Positions 38,207-50,123 of a stretch of DNA of 64,000 nt are shown piece by piece. The position numbers and the translations under genes are program-made. Under the pieces are notes generated by a model that worked only from the letters and a program-made list of their open reading frames with translations, did no database searches and had not been told where the DNA came from. Source of the DNA: Octopus vulgaris (taxonomy: Eukaryota); contig OX597821.1 of the NCBI GenBank assembly GCA_951406725.2, positions 65,844,001 through 65,908,000 on the forward strand. The letters run 5' to 3'. Numbering within the stretch: position 1 is the first letter of the stretch; each line of letters opens with the position of its first letter.

Positions 38207-38752
38207 TCATCATCATCATCATCATCATCATTGTTTAATGTCCGCTTTCCATGCTAGCATGGGTTGGATGATTTGACAGAGGGCTGGCGAACCAGATGGC
38301 TGCACCAGGCTTCAATCTTGATCTGGCAGAGTTTCTACAGCTGGATCCCTTCCTAACGCCAACCACTCCAAGAGTGTAGTGGGTGCTTTTACGTGCCACT
38401 GGCACAGAAGCCAGTTAGCCGCTCTGTTAATGATCACACTTGTATGGTGCTCTTTGCACCCTGCTAGCACGGATGCCAGTCATTGAATTTTTATTTTGAT
38501 TTTGATTTCACTTGCCTCACCAGGTTTTCGCAAGCAGAGTTTTAGTGTCCAAAGAAGAAAAAGGTACGCATAGTGGGCTGGTTACGCCCCTGGCATAGGC
38601 CACGAGATTATGGGTCTTCTCACGCGTGGCATATTCAAAAGTCTCAGTCACTAGTCATTTCCTTGGTGAGGCCTAAGGTTTGAAGGTCCTGCTTCACCCC
38701 TTCGTCCCAGGTCTTCCTGGATCTATCTCTTCCACAGATTCCTTCAACTTCA
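38207..38752 (-). mobile_element. RTE LINE 3' end: ORF C-terminus, 3' UTR and (GAT)n tail
   Basis: Minus ORF EVEGICGRDRSRKTWDEGVKQDLQTLGLTKEMTSD runs into family E sequence, showing family E is this LINE's 3' UTR. Confidence 0.85.
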
Positions 38753-38833
38753 AAACAGTGATGGTGGTAGGGGACAAACACAGAAACAAACACAAATATA
38801 TACATATGTATGCATAAACATATATATATATAC

Positions 38834-39001
38834 TGTAGCTGTGTGGTAAGCAGCTTGCTTACCAACCACATGGTTCCAGGTTCAGTCCCACTCTATCGCA
38901 CCTTGGGTAAGTGTCTTCTACTATAGCCTTGGGCCAATCAAAGCCCTGTGAGTGGATTTGGTAGGCAGAAACTGAAAGAAGCCTGTCATTATATATGTGT
39001 G

Positions 39002-39067
<66 letters not shown>

Positions 39068-39240
39068 CGTGTGTGTGTGTGTGTGTGTCTTTGTGTCTGT
39101 GCCCCTATTACTGTTTGAAAACCAGTGTTGGTGTGTTTATGTCCCTATAATTTGGTGGTTCAGCAAAAGAGGCCGATAGAATAAGTACTAGGCTTACAAA
39201 AAATAAGTCCTGGGTCAAATGACTGAAACAAGTAAAAGAA
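38834..39240 (+). mobile_element. SINE family A
   Basis: Head, central (TG)n and deleted tail. Confidence 0.8.
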
Positions 39241-39345
39241 TATATATATATACACACATATATATGCACACGCGCACATGCATAAACACACATATACATA
39301 CATGCATACATATGTATATACTGGCATTTATTACATATACACACA

Positions 39346-39382
<37 letters not shown>

Positions 39383-39789
39383 GAACATACATGTTTGTCA
39401 AACAAATACCAATATAGCTGGATCTTCACATTTTCTATATATTTATGTTTATATTTCCACACAAGTACTTTCATCATTTTTCAACAATCCTCAAGTGAAT
39501 GTTTATGTTATAACATTTACACTTAGGTAAATATTTACAGCGTAACTGTATCTAAGTGACTATTTAAATAAATATCTGCATTTAAATAGGAATTACATTC
39601 ACATGGCAATGTTGTGTTTAGTAAAAAGAGTTGATACTTAACTCTTAGATGTCAGGGTTGATCTATCAACCAAAATGTTCAATGACAAAGATGACTGAAT
39701 TAGATCACACAATTTCCTACATGAATATATAGAGTTTTATGTATATGTAAAGTAATTATTTTATTTTTTATAATCTTATTTTGAAGAAT

Positions 39790-40055
39790 CAATGCATTCC
39801 CTTTGTAGGGCTTGGGAAAATAGTTCTGTCTTCTTGGCGTTGAAACTCCAAATGAAGCTCTGTCTCCAAAAGGTTTAAATATTGTACTAGTTTTCCAGTG
39901 AAACGTAGAAATATTAAGAAATTTATTGAGTGCTTAAAAGGATTGGTCTGATATTTGGATTCCTTACTTGTTGCCCATGCATTCACATTCATTTTGATAA
40001 TGGATTTCCAGTCTGGCCAATATATATTTTTTCACAATTTAGGCATTATGTTTTC
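39790..40055 (-). pseudogene. decayed Penelope-like element GIY-YIG endonuclease fragment
   Basis: Minus strand 40045-40007 translates CLNCEKIYIGQTG, followed by NPLSK*MNV: the CxxC...YIGQTG..L..R motif of PLE endonucleases with the catalytic R codon now a stop. Confidence 0.7.
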
Positions 40056-41100
40056 CTTGACAAGTGGTGGAGACAACTTCAGTCAGGTTTCACTGTTGCT
40101 GGAGATCATTAACAGAGTTCTAGCACTACTGTAACTTACCAAGGTAACTATTATCAAACTTATTTACACAGTTTTCAACACTACAACATTTGCACTCTAA
40201 CTGTAAACAAACTTTCTCACTTGCAAGATTAAAGCATTTAATTTGAAGTAAAAAGGAAGTCAGAAGGTTGATGTATAGTTGGTACCATGTCTACCTCGGC
40301 TATAGAAAAGTGCTGGTTTGTGTCCTACAGGCAACTTTCCTGCTTTTTTTCCATCAAAGGATTTTTTTTTTAATTTACTATATTATAAACTATTATTTAT
40401 AGCTGAATTAGCTTCCAGATACATCGTAAATAAAGTCTTATTAGCAGAACTGTATGTTCTGGGAGGTGGGAGGAGGGCATAGAAAATAAGAATTGGTTGA
40501 AAATTTAATAATTTTGAGATGTTATCAACTGTATGATCAAGAATTGTTAAATGACTGTTGGCATATTTAATACTTGGAACATTTATGAAAGCCAACTAAA
40601 TTAGAATCAAATATGACATGAAAGAAAACAAACACTATTTAAAAAAAAAATAATTGATTTTTCTTTCTTTCTTAACTTGTAACTATAATTAAATACCCTT
40701 AGTAAAAATACAATACAAATCACTGTGGGTGACAACGAGAGAGAGAGAAAAAGCAACAACAACCTATGAACATTTTATAAATGGAGCAAATCACACAACT
40801 GTCTGTGTTGCAGGTGATTTTATACTTGTATAAACACGAGCTTGATATCTTTCACTTGCAGTATCTTTTACATAATCCGCTCCTGTTAAATCATAAAACA
40901 CCATTTTTTTCAACTATGATCTCCAGCCCCGCATCAAGGTAGTTAGGGCCCCTTTCCATTGTCACTCTAGAAATACTAACTAAAAACCCTTCACCTTATA
41001 CCCTTGTGTATTTTTTTTTTTTTTTTAAATGGACACTTTTGAGAATGTATTTTGGGGTTAACAGATTATGGGAAAAAGAAGATAATCATAGCTGCAATGG

Positions 41101-41570
41101 TTTTGAGTAAGTGTTGGGCCCTATGGAGGCAAAGTGGCTGAGTTGCATGGAGACGAAGTGGCTGAGTTCCTTTTGAGTGTTGGGCCTCACAGACTGAGGT
41201 GGCTGAGTTCCTTTTAAGCATTGGACCTCATCGAGGCAAAGTGGCTAAGTCTCTTTCAAGTGTTGGGTCTCACGGAGGCAATGCCCAAGACCTTTGGCAC
41301 TATGTCGTGCTTGAGAAGACCCATCAAGCCAAGTAAAATGACAGTCATGGCAGATACTGGTGTCAGGCAAATGGCACCTGTGCCAGTGGCATATAAAAGC
41401 ACCCATTACAAATTTCAGAATGGTTGACGCTAAGAAGGGCATCCAGCTGTAGAAAACCATGGAAAATCAGACTGGAGCCTGGCACAGCCTTCCAGCACGC
41501 CAGCCCAGTCAAACAACAAACCCATGCCAGTATGAACAATGGATGTGAAATGATGATGACGATGATGATG
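41101..41570 (+). mobile_element. RTE-derived element with 41-42-bp tandem repeats at its 5' end
   Basis: Repeats of ttgggcctcacggaggcaaagtggctgagttccttttgagtg, then gacctttggc..gtgcttgagaagacc, family E body and (GAT)n. Confidence 0.75.
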
Positions 41571-41734
41571 AGAGCTTGATCAGGGTTGACCTGGGGCTAA
41601 GCGTCAACAACAGTTTCCACTTCAACTGATTAGGAGATTCTATGAAAATAGCTGAATTTATTTACAGAGACAGAATCATCAATGAATGCAAAATTCTAGG
41701 TTTCAGGCAATGGACTATCAGCCACCATTTTATA

Positions 41735-42490
41735 ATTCTGAAACAACATCCAACAGAAACTTGTTGACACCAAAATGGGGAACCTGAGCAGTCACTGAGA
41801 TCTATTGCTCAGGCCTTGGGCTATTTCTCTGTAGGGTATATGTGTCCTCTCTGAGAAAGATCAAATCATGCAAAGAAACTTGGCTCAATGCTGAAGAAAA
41901 CCTGCCACCTGATCCCTGGTTGCACGAAACTGACAACCACAAACAACCTGCATCTTCTTACTGGCATTGCCCTTGCTGGTTTCAGATGGGAAGTGACCGG
42001 TTGAGTCAAGAGGAAAAGCACTATTAATGCTGAATGCCAACTCTGCCATGAATGTCAATCCTTGGCTCAACAACTGAAGTCATTAAGAAGCTTCCTCAAT
42101 CAGACCCAGCCCTTAACAACATCTTGGGATGAAACCAGACTCCAGATCTTGAGAATGACACCTCCTTCAATTGGCATGGAAATCTCCCAACTGAAGACCT
42201 CTCTCCTGACTCAGAATAACTATGGATTCAGAGGGAGACACTTAACTGTCTGAAAATGAAAAAAGGTGATCAAAAATTGTTTTGGTCAGATGAGATACAA
42301 GACTGAACCACCAGTATGTATGAAGAAGCAGACTGTACTATGGAGCTGTGGCCTTTAGCATCTAAACCCTGTAGCATAAAAGATCTTGAAGAGTTCAATA
42401 AAGATGCTAAGAACTGTGACAAGAAATTGGAAACTCTTATAAAATCATTAATAAAAAACACGAACCCTCTGCTCATGTCATGACATAAAG
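41735..42490 (+). pseudogene. decayed Ingi/Vingi-like LINE ORF C-terminal region
   Basis: Frameshifted translation NNIQQKLVDTK/WG..AQALGYFSVGYMCPL*ERSNHAKKL..TCHLIPGC..NLHLLTGIA..QLKSLRSFL..PCSIKDLEEFNKDAKNC, resembling ALALCFS.AEYACPVW.RS.HAK / RLKSR.SF. Confidence 0.65.
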
Positions 42491-42495
42491 ATGAC

Positions 42496-42852
42496 TTATT
42501 TAGGAGCTGACATCATCGTCAATGTGCTTAATGATGATTCTTGCATTCCTCCTCCCCATGTACCCATAGACAAGCTTTCAGGTACAATCTGGTCTTGTGC
42601 TTTAGAGTCATCTTCTGTTTTAAAGAGAACACATATGGTGCCATATGCTCTCACTCTCTCATTAAAGAGGATTTCGTTTAAAATATCTGCCAGAGCTGTT
42701 TCCAAGTGTTCCTTAGATGGAACAACAAAAGACCCCATTTCTTGAAACTCACAACTAAGCCATCTTCTGTCTCTTGTGTGCCTCTCTTGTGTGGTATGGT
42801 GTGCTGATACATATCTTGTGGAAGCTTTCATTCGTTCAACAAAATGTTCCAC
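42496..42852 (-). pseudogene. non-low-complexity ORF, possibly the N-terminal part of a LINE ORF1
   Basis: 118-aa ORF with EHLETALADILNEILFNERVRAYGTICVLFKTEDDSKA, an RRM-like ORF1 impression only; starts at the edge of a tandem array. Confidence 0.3.
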
Positions 42853-43251
42853 ACTTAAGATAGTCTTGTATTCAAAAGAATGCTGACATCTATCTTGTGG
42901 ACAAAATGTTGGCAGGCTTTCATTCTTTCACCAAAATAGTCCACACTTACGATATTCTTGTATTCAAAAGAATGCCGATATTCATCTTGTGGACAAAATG
43001 TTGCCAGGCTTTCATTCTTTCAGCAAAATGTACCACGCTTAAGATATTCTTGTATTCAAAGGAATGCTGACATCTATCTTGTGGACAAAATGTTGGCAGG
43101 CTTTCATTCTTTCAACAAAATGGTCCACACTAAAGATATTCTTATATTCAAAAGAATGCTGACATCTATCTTGTGGACAAAATATTGGCAGGATTTCATT
43201 CTTTCAGCAAAATGTTCCACGCTTAAGATATTCTTGTATTCAAAAGAATGC
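42802..43251. repeat. 92-bp minisatellite, about 5 units
   Basis: gtggacaaaa at 42897, 42989, 43081, 43173; shortened first unit. Confidence 0.95.
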
Positions 43252-43759
43252 TTGCAAAGGACAGTTTTTCTCTATTCATATTTACACCTGATACAATAAA
43301 TGCATGTATACTGCTGTAACTATTATCGAACATAAACATTATTGTTTTGTTCTTCAGTTTTCAGTTTCTACCATTTGTTTCTGATCTTTTAACTATTTTT
43401 TCTTACATTTTTGCTTTCTTTTGTTGATGGTTATATTTTCTTTCTTTAGAATAATCTTTCCAAGAGGTGAATCTGAGGAAAGATAAGCAATTTTCTTGCT
43501 TTAACATTTGATGATAGAATAAAATGGAAATATTGAAAAAAACAACAACAAAACAAAAGTAAACAAACAAAACTTTGTTGTTTAACCCCAGTAAAGGGCA
43601 GACATTTGAAAATGTTCAATAAAGGTTCCTGCATGAAACAAAATCCAAAATGGTAATTACTTCCTTTAGTTACACTTGGGAAACATCAAACAAAATTCCT
43701 CCTAATGTCTGACAAGAGGTCAGCAGCAAATGATGATAATAATAATAATAATAATAATA

Positions 43760-43975
43760 ATCCTTTCTACTATAGGCACAAGGCCTGGAATTTTGGGGAA
43801 GGAGGTTAGTCAATTACATTGATCCCAGTATTTGACTGGTAATTATTTTATTGACCTCGAAAGGATGAAAAGCAAAGTTGGTCTCAGCAGAATTTGAACT
43901 CAGAACGTAAAGACGGATGTACTACTGCTAAGCATTTTGTCCAACTTCCTAATGACCCTGTCCGCTTGCTACCTT
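43760..43975 (-). mobile_element. SINE family C
   Basis: aaggatgaaaagcaaag...gaatttgaactcagaacg; tail next to (TAA)n. Confidence 0.7.
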
Positions 43976-44085
43976 GACAATAATAATAATAATAATAAAT
44001 AATATCAATAATAATAATGTTGGTGATGATGATGATGATGATGATGATAATAGTAGTAGTAGTAGTAGTACTAGTTGTAGTAGTA

Positions 44086-44246
44086 GCAGAAATAGGCATA
44101 AAACCTAGTTTAGTGCAGCTTCATAAAACAGTGATATTAGGGACAGCTAGGATACTTAGGAAGGTTCTTGGCATCTAAGGTTACTTGTAGCCTGATATTA
44201 GGAACTTGTTTTCTTCTCAACAGTCTAATCTATTGTGCGAATATGA

Positions 44247-44283
<37 letters not shown>

Positions 44284-44293
44284 GTAATAATAA
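44086..44293 (+). mobile_element. R4/Dong-clade LINE 3' end with (TAA)n tail
   Basis: 44086-44178 translates AEIGIKPSLVQLHKTVILGTARILRKVLGI*, the LQK..LLGTARILRKVL terminus; short UTR then (TAA)n. Confidence 0.8.
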
Positions 44294-45904
44294 TGAATAA
44301 ATAAATCAAAATTCTTCACCATCTTCTTTTTATGACTCAAGGGTAGGCATAACCTTTTAAACTCTCCTTCTCTGACCTCAGCCCGACCCACCTTGTTTTA
44401 ATTGCTATCACAGTTGTATCCATAGGGACAACAAAGGGCGAATAATATTTTGCTCAAAATGTCATCTCTAACCACAAGTGCATCCCTCCACAACCTGACA
44501 AAGAGCATTCTTTCTCCCCCCCCCCCAAAAAGTTCTAAAAGAGAATGGAAACAGCATTAGAGTTAACTTTTCGGCTGAATGCACTTATAGCTAATCTTTG
44601 ACTCCATAAATATGGTTTTATATCAGTAAACCTTCCAACACTGGGTGTCTCCCATCTGAATTGACCTGCCCCCACCACACATACACGCCTCCACCTTTCA
44701 TCATTTGGTAAGGCAAGAAAAAGAAACATTTGTTATGCACTGGATCAACAAGGAAATATGGAACAGATGAATGGAAATCCAAACTTCTTTTTCCAAGGAG
44801 AATTCAGTTCTTTGTTTATCAACCTATCTACCTACCCAGTTTCCTACATATCCACATACATACAAACCCATACACACACACACTTAGATCACCTATATAA
44901 TTACTTATACAACTGTCTATCAAACTATCTGTGTAACAGTCTACCGATCTATCTATCTATCTGTGCATGCGCACGCACACACACACACACAAATGCAGGC
45001 ACACACACACACCCAGGCCAGTATGGAAAATGGATGTTAAATAATGATGACGTATACACACACAGAAACACATACCTAAACACACTGATATATACATACA
45101 CACACATACCTATACAAACACAGATCCCCATACACACCATCTATACACATACATAGACATACACACATATATACACAGATATATATACATACACAGATAT
45201 ATATACATACACATATATGTATATATATATATATACACACATTTGCATACATAACATACATATACACATTTATGCACATATACACACACACATCTATACG
45301 CAGATCACACACACATCAATCCATACAGATGCACACATACATTCACACACACATACATAGATACGCACTTTGATTTTAGCTTTAGGTCCACCTGTGCTGT
45401 TTACAATATTGGGTAGCAAACACACACACACATACACACACACGTATATATACAAATACACAAACATACACTTCCATACACACAATGATTTGTATACAGT
45501 GGTCTGATTGCCTTTTAAAAATACAATAAAAACATGACAACTCTGTTTGCTCTGCTTAAGTTTTATCAGCTTTATGAAGTAAAATTTTCTCGAATAATTC
45601 CTTTCAAGTTGTTTACGGTTTGGATGGAATAGTAAAGTTTCTTGCATATACATCATCAATGTTGAGGTCTGCAGAAATTTTAGGGTTGCAAACAAACTGT
45701 AAACAACTAAGAAAGAATTATAGTAATGGTGGTGGTGGTGATGGAAAGAAATCTCAGGGAAGAAGATAAAAAACTTGATCACAGTTTTTGGGTTTTCAGC
45801 AGAAGATATCTCTAAATGTATGTTCATATATGTGGGTGTGTGGCTGTATGTATATGCATATGTGTGTATGTATGTACGTGTATATATATATATATATAAC
45901 TTGT

Positions 45905-46210
45905 GTTTCTTTTTTTTCTCTCTGTTCTAGCTGGAACAAGAAAGACATGTTCTTGTCTGTCTCCTGTCCAAGCTTGATTTATGCGTTCACCACCACAAAC
46001 TCATTTAGGCTTAGCAGCCCTTCCTGTTTGTTTTCACTGTCCTGTTTGTGCTACCTATTTTGTTGCTCCACAAAAATCGAAAGAATAGTTCATATTCTAT
46101 GCACTTGTAATTCTTTGTTGTACACATTTCATGATGTCCTGTGCCTATGTATGCTTCTATATATACGTATAGATGTAGCTATGTACATATACATATGTAT
46201 ATATGCATAT
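45905..46210 (+). repeat. internally deleted copy of the 47765-48225 repeat, opposite orientation
   Basis: ctcatttaggcttagcagcccttcctgtttgttttcact and gaaagaatagttcatattc are reverse complements of segments in 47765-48225. Confidence 0.75.
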
Positions 46211-47284
46211 ATATATATTATCATTTTTATTATTTATATTATCATATGATTGAATGCCACGCATCCTCTTCCAGATAAGTTTTATATATATATATATAAA
46301 TAAACAGGTGCAAGCATGGCTGTGTGGTAAGAAGATTACTTCCCAACCACATGGTTTTGGGTTCAGTCCCACTGCATGGCACCTCGAGCAAGTCTCTTAG
46401 TCTATGTGCCATTTGCGTGAAAGCATGGTCGGGCTTTTTGACATGTCTTGACATGCCTCATGATCTTTGAGAAGGAAAAAAAACCAACTCATCTCAGTGT
46501 CATTTGTATTCCTGTTCTCCATATAAGCATATCCAGAGTCTTTGTTGTTCAATATTATTTATTATTTGATGTTATTGTTGTTAGAGATCATTACTGTGCT
46601 TGAAAACAAGTGGAGGTTGACAGCAGGAAGAGCATCCGGCTACAGGGAACTCTGCCCCAGCATGCTCTCCTCTGACCCATACAGGCAAGGAAACATAGGC
46701 ATTAAAATGATGATGATGATGCAAGGCGTGTTGTCTGGCACTCTACTGATTTTATTAATATATTATTTTTCTATTGCAGATAGAAGGGACTAAAAGTTTA
46801 ATGTAAAATGCACTTATTCCTCACGCTGAAAATTTTGCCATTGAGACAGGGACCCCAAGATCTGAAGACATGGAAGGTAGATGATTTTAAGATACAGTGC
46901 TTGTGGTCTATAGAATTAGCATCATTATGAAGCATAAAAAATAGTTCCATAAGACAATCTCTTTACATGACATGCACCATTAGGAAGGTAAACAAAAGGA
47001 AAATGAAATGGTTTGGCCGAGGAATAAGAAGCCTGTACAATAACTATGTAATACTGGTGATATGCCAAGACTTGCAAAACTCCAGAAACTTGTGGAAGAC
47101 CATCTTGGAGAAGAACTTTCCAGATCAGTGAAAACACCATATTACATTTCACAACTGTGGAAAGCAGAGTATCTGATAGACTAGGATGGTAGAGGCCCAA
47201 AGGAAGGAAGGTAGCAAGGTTTCAGAAAAGGGATAGCAACCAAGAAGTATTGTAAATTAAGGAAAAGCATTTTGTGATAGAATC

Positions 47285-47460
47285 TGTTGTTGGCATCCTT
47301 TTTGTCTCGGGAGACAATGGAGTTGCGCATAAAGTAGTCTAGTCCGGCTTTTACATTTCATGTCCTGATACATTTCCTGCTGTGGCTGTGTAGTCCTATC
47401 CTGGACAAACACTCCCTCTGGCAGGTACCGCAAATGTAGCGAAGACTGTTCCTGGCTGGG
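47285..47460 (-). mobile_element. RTE/BovB-type LINE 3' end
   Basis: Minus translation PARNSLRYICGTCQRECLSRIGLHSHSRKCIRT* (CxxC..SRIGL.SH.R.C finger); tail ccattgtctcccgagacaaaaaggatgccaacaaca. Confidence 0.8.
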
Positions 47461-47764
47461 CCCAAATATTCTACATGTTTGGCGTTCAAAACAACAAATC
47501 CAACCTCTTATACCTATCCTACAATGTCATTTTGAACAAAAATAATAACATCATCAAAATCTCAAAGCTACAAGATAATGCATGATGAATTCAAAACAAT
47601 GTGAATTGATAAGCATTAGATTTTATAGAGCAATTTGAATGCTATAGGAGTAAACTAGGAGACAGACAGACCAGAAGCAGACCTGGAGTAGAGAGGACAT
47701 ATCAGTGACGAGGTTGCAAATGTCAATGAAAGGACTTTGACAAACCATTCTAAACGACTGACAT

Positions 47765-48225
47765 ATATATATGCATATATACATATGTACATGTACATAC
47801 TTACATCTATATGTATATATGTATGGGCACGGGACGTCACGAAATGTATACAACAAAAAAGTACGAAGCATGAGTTCATGGAATATGAATTATTCTTTCA
47901 AACAACGAAATACACAAATGGAAAACAAAACAAACATCATAAAGAATGAGCCTTCATCAGTTGTTGGCTGTTTTTCTAGTCTTGTATTTTGAGCATTTAA
48001 CAACAAGATATGCTTTTGATAAAACAATTGCTCCTGCAAAGCAAATTAAATAAAATTTGGGATTTTGCAGAGGGTCAAAATAGGTAACACAAACAAGATA
48101 GTGAAAACAAACAGGAAGGGTTGCTAAGCCTAAATGAGGTTGTGTTGGCGAATGTGTAAATCAAGCTAGGAAAGGAGACAAATAAGAACAGAAGTGAGAT
48201 AGAACCAGTGCGTGAGCTTATTATT
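47765..48225 (-). mobile_element. unclassified interspersed repeat, possibly PLE-related
   Basis: Second copy at 45905-46210; CTGATGA box on minus at 47954-47960 without a clean hammerhead closure. Confidence 0.45.
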
Positions 48226-48301
48226 AACATAATGACCTTCCCAAAATACAACAAAATTATACGATAAAGATTTTGAAATTGAAATTGAAAATACACCTAC
48301 T

Positions 48302-48700
48302 CTCTCTTTTACTTGTTTCATTCATTTGACTGTGGCCATGCTGAAGCACCACCTTTAGTCGAGCAAATCAACCCCAGGACTTATTCTTTGTAAGCCTAGT
48401 ACTTATTCTATTGGTCTCTTTTACCGAACCACTACGTTATGGAGGCGTAACACACCAGCATCGGTTGTCAAGCGATGTGAAAACAAACAGGGGGACTAAC
48501 ACAGACACAGACACACATATATATATACATATACATGACAGGCTTCTTTCAGTTTCCATCTACGAAATCCACTCACAAGGCTTTAGTCGGCCTGAGGTTA
48601 TAGTTGAAGACACTTGCCCAAGGTACCACGCAGTGGGACTGAACCCGGAACCATGTGGTTAGTAAGCAATCTACTTACCACACAGCCACTCCTACGCCTA
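48302..48700 (-). mobile_element. SINE family A, full length
   Basis: Reverse complement of 55794-56207. Confidence 0.9.
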
Positions 48701-49343
48701 TGTAATTTACTCTGGTGCTGCCACATATTTTGAAAGAGCTGGATAGCATGTACTTTAAGTTAGAAAGAAATAAAGTAAATTATCTAAGAAGTTGTTTAAT
48801 TGCAAATTACACCTTGATTTTGTTTTTCTTCAATTTTTGTTTCTTTATAAAACTAAAATAGCGTCTGTCTGTTTGTCTCTTTCAAGAATCTTGCCCAGTA
48901 TGAAAATGTAAGAAAATCTCACCAAATTATCATATGAGCTATGTACCTAGACACACATGTGTGTATGTGTGTGATTACTGGTAAATGCTTAGAGGGAGAT
49001 AGGAATTATAGAATACAACATTCTGCTATTCTGTTCACAAGTATCAGCCAATAGGTGTATATATACACTATTTATCATCTTTGATTGGTTTTTACTATTG
49101 TCCAATTAACTATTCATTTCCTCCATTCTCAGATGATTTCATGCATGGCTGATTAAAGCTGCTAAACTAATTCACTTAGCTTTCTGCTAATGAATTAACC
49201 AAAACATTAAAAATAAAATAAGATAAAAATTATACAGGAAAAACACACACATACACACGAAAAAAAAAGAAGAAAATAAACCCTCCAAATTCATGTATTT
49301 TGTATAATCTCCTTGCAGGAGGTCCTTTTACAGCTGGTTGCCT

Positions 49344-49725
49344 CGTGTGTGTGTGTGTGTGTGTGTGTGCGCGTGCGTGCATGCATGCGTGTGAAGTGTG
49401 TATGTGTGTATCAGAGAGAGTGTATGTGAGTGAAGAGTTTGTGTGCATGTATGTGTGTAAGTGTGTGTGAGAGTGTGTGTGTGTATGTGAGTGTATGCAT
49501 GAGTGTGTGAGGAGTTTGCGTGTGTGTGTGTGAGAGTGTGTGAGTGAGGAGTTTGTGTGTGTGCATGAGTGAATCTGTGTGTGTGAGTGAGGGGTTTGTG
49601 TGTGTGTGTGTGTAAGGGGGTTTGTGTGTGTATGTGTGTATAAGTGGGTGTGTGAGAGTGTGTGTGTTTGTGATTGTGTGTGAGTAAGAAGTTTGTGTGA
49701 GTGAGTGAGTGAGTGAGTGTGTGTG
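49344..49725. repeat. (TG/GA)-rich low-complexity tract
   Basis: Direct reading. Confidence 0.9.
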
Positions 49726-49812
49726 TTTCTTCCTGAAAAATTTTCTCTTCAAGCCAATACAACATAAAACACAAGTCGTTAAGGTAATACCCCACTAAAT
49801 AACAATAGATTT

Positions 49813-50045
49813 TTAACCCTTTACCATGTAAATCAGCGGAACCATGGCCAAATATTCTACCTTAGTTGCTTTACAATCAAACTGACCAGATCCAACCTCT
49901 CACACCTACCCTACAATATCATTGTAAAATTAAGCAATGACATCATCGAAATTTCAAAGCTACATAATGATGCATAATTAAATTCGAAACAACGTGAATA
50001 AATAAACATTATATTTGAGAGAACAATATGAATGCTAAAAGGTAA
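49813..50045. mobile_element. MITE with TTAACCCTTT-type ends
   Basis: ttaaccctttacca ... tgctaaaaggtaaa; homologous to 2297-2510. Confidence 0.6.
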
Positions 50046-50081
50046 ACAAAGCATCACAGTATCAAGGTTTCATAAATTTGG

Positions 50082-50123
<42 letters not shown>

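Noticed and set aside
42802-43251. CRISPR-like periodicity (also the 546-bp array)
   Set aside because: Whole units repeat with no unique spacers, no cas genes, eukaryotic context
47895-47965. CTGATGA box on the minus strand
   Set aside because: Could not close stems II and III with a GAAA...UH; not called as a ribozyme
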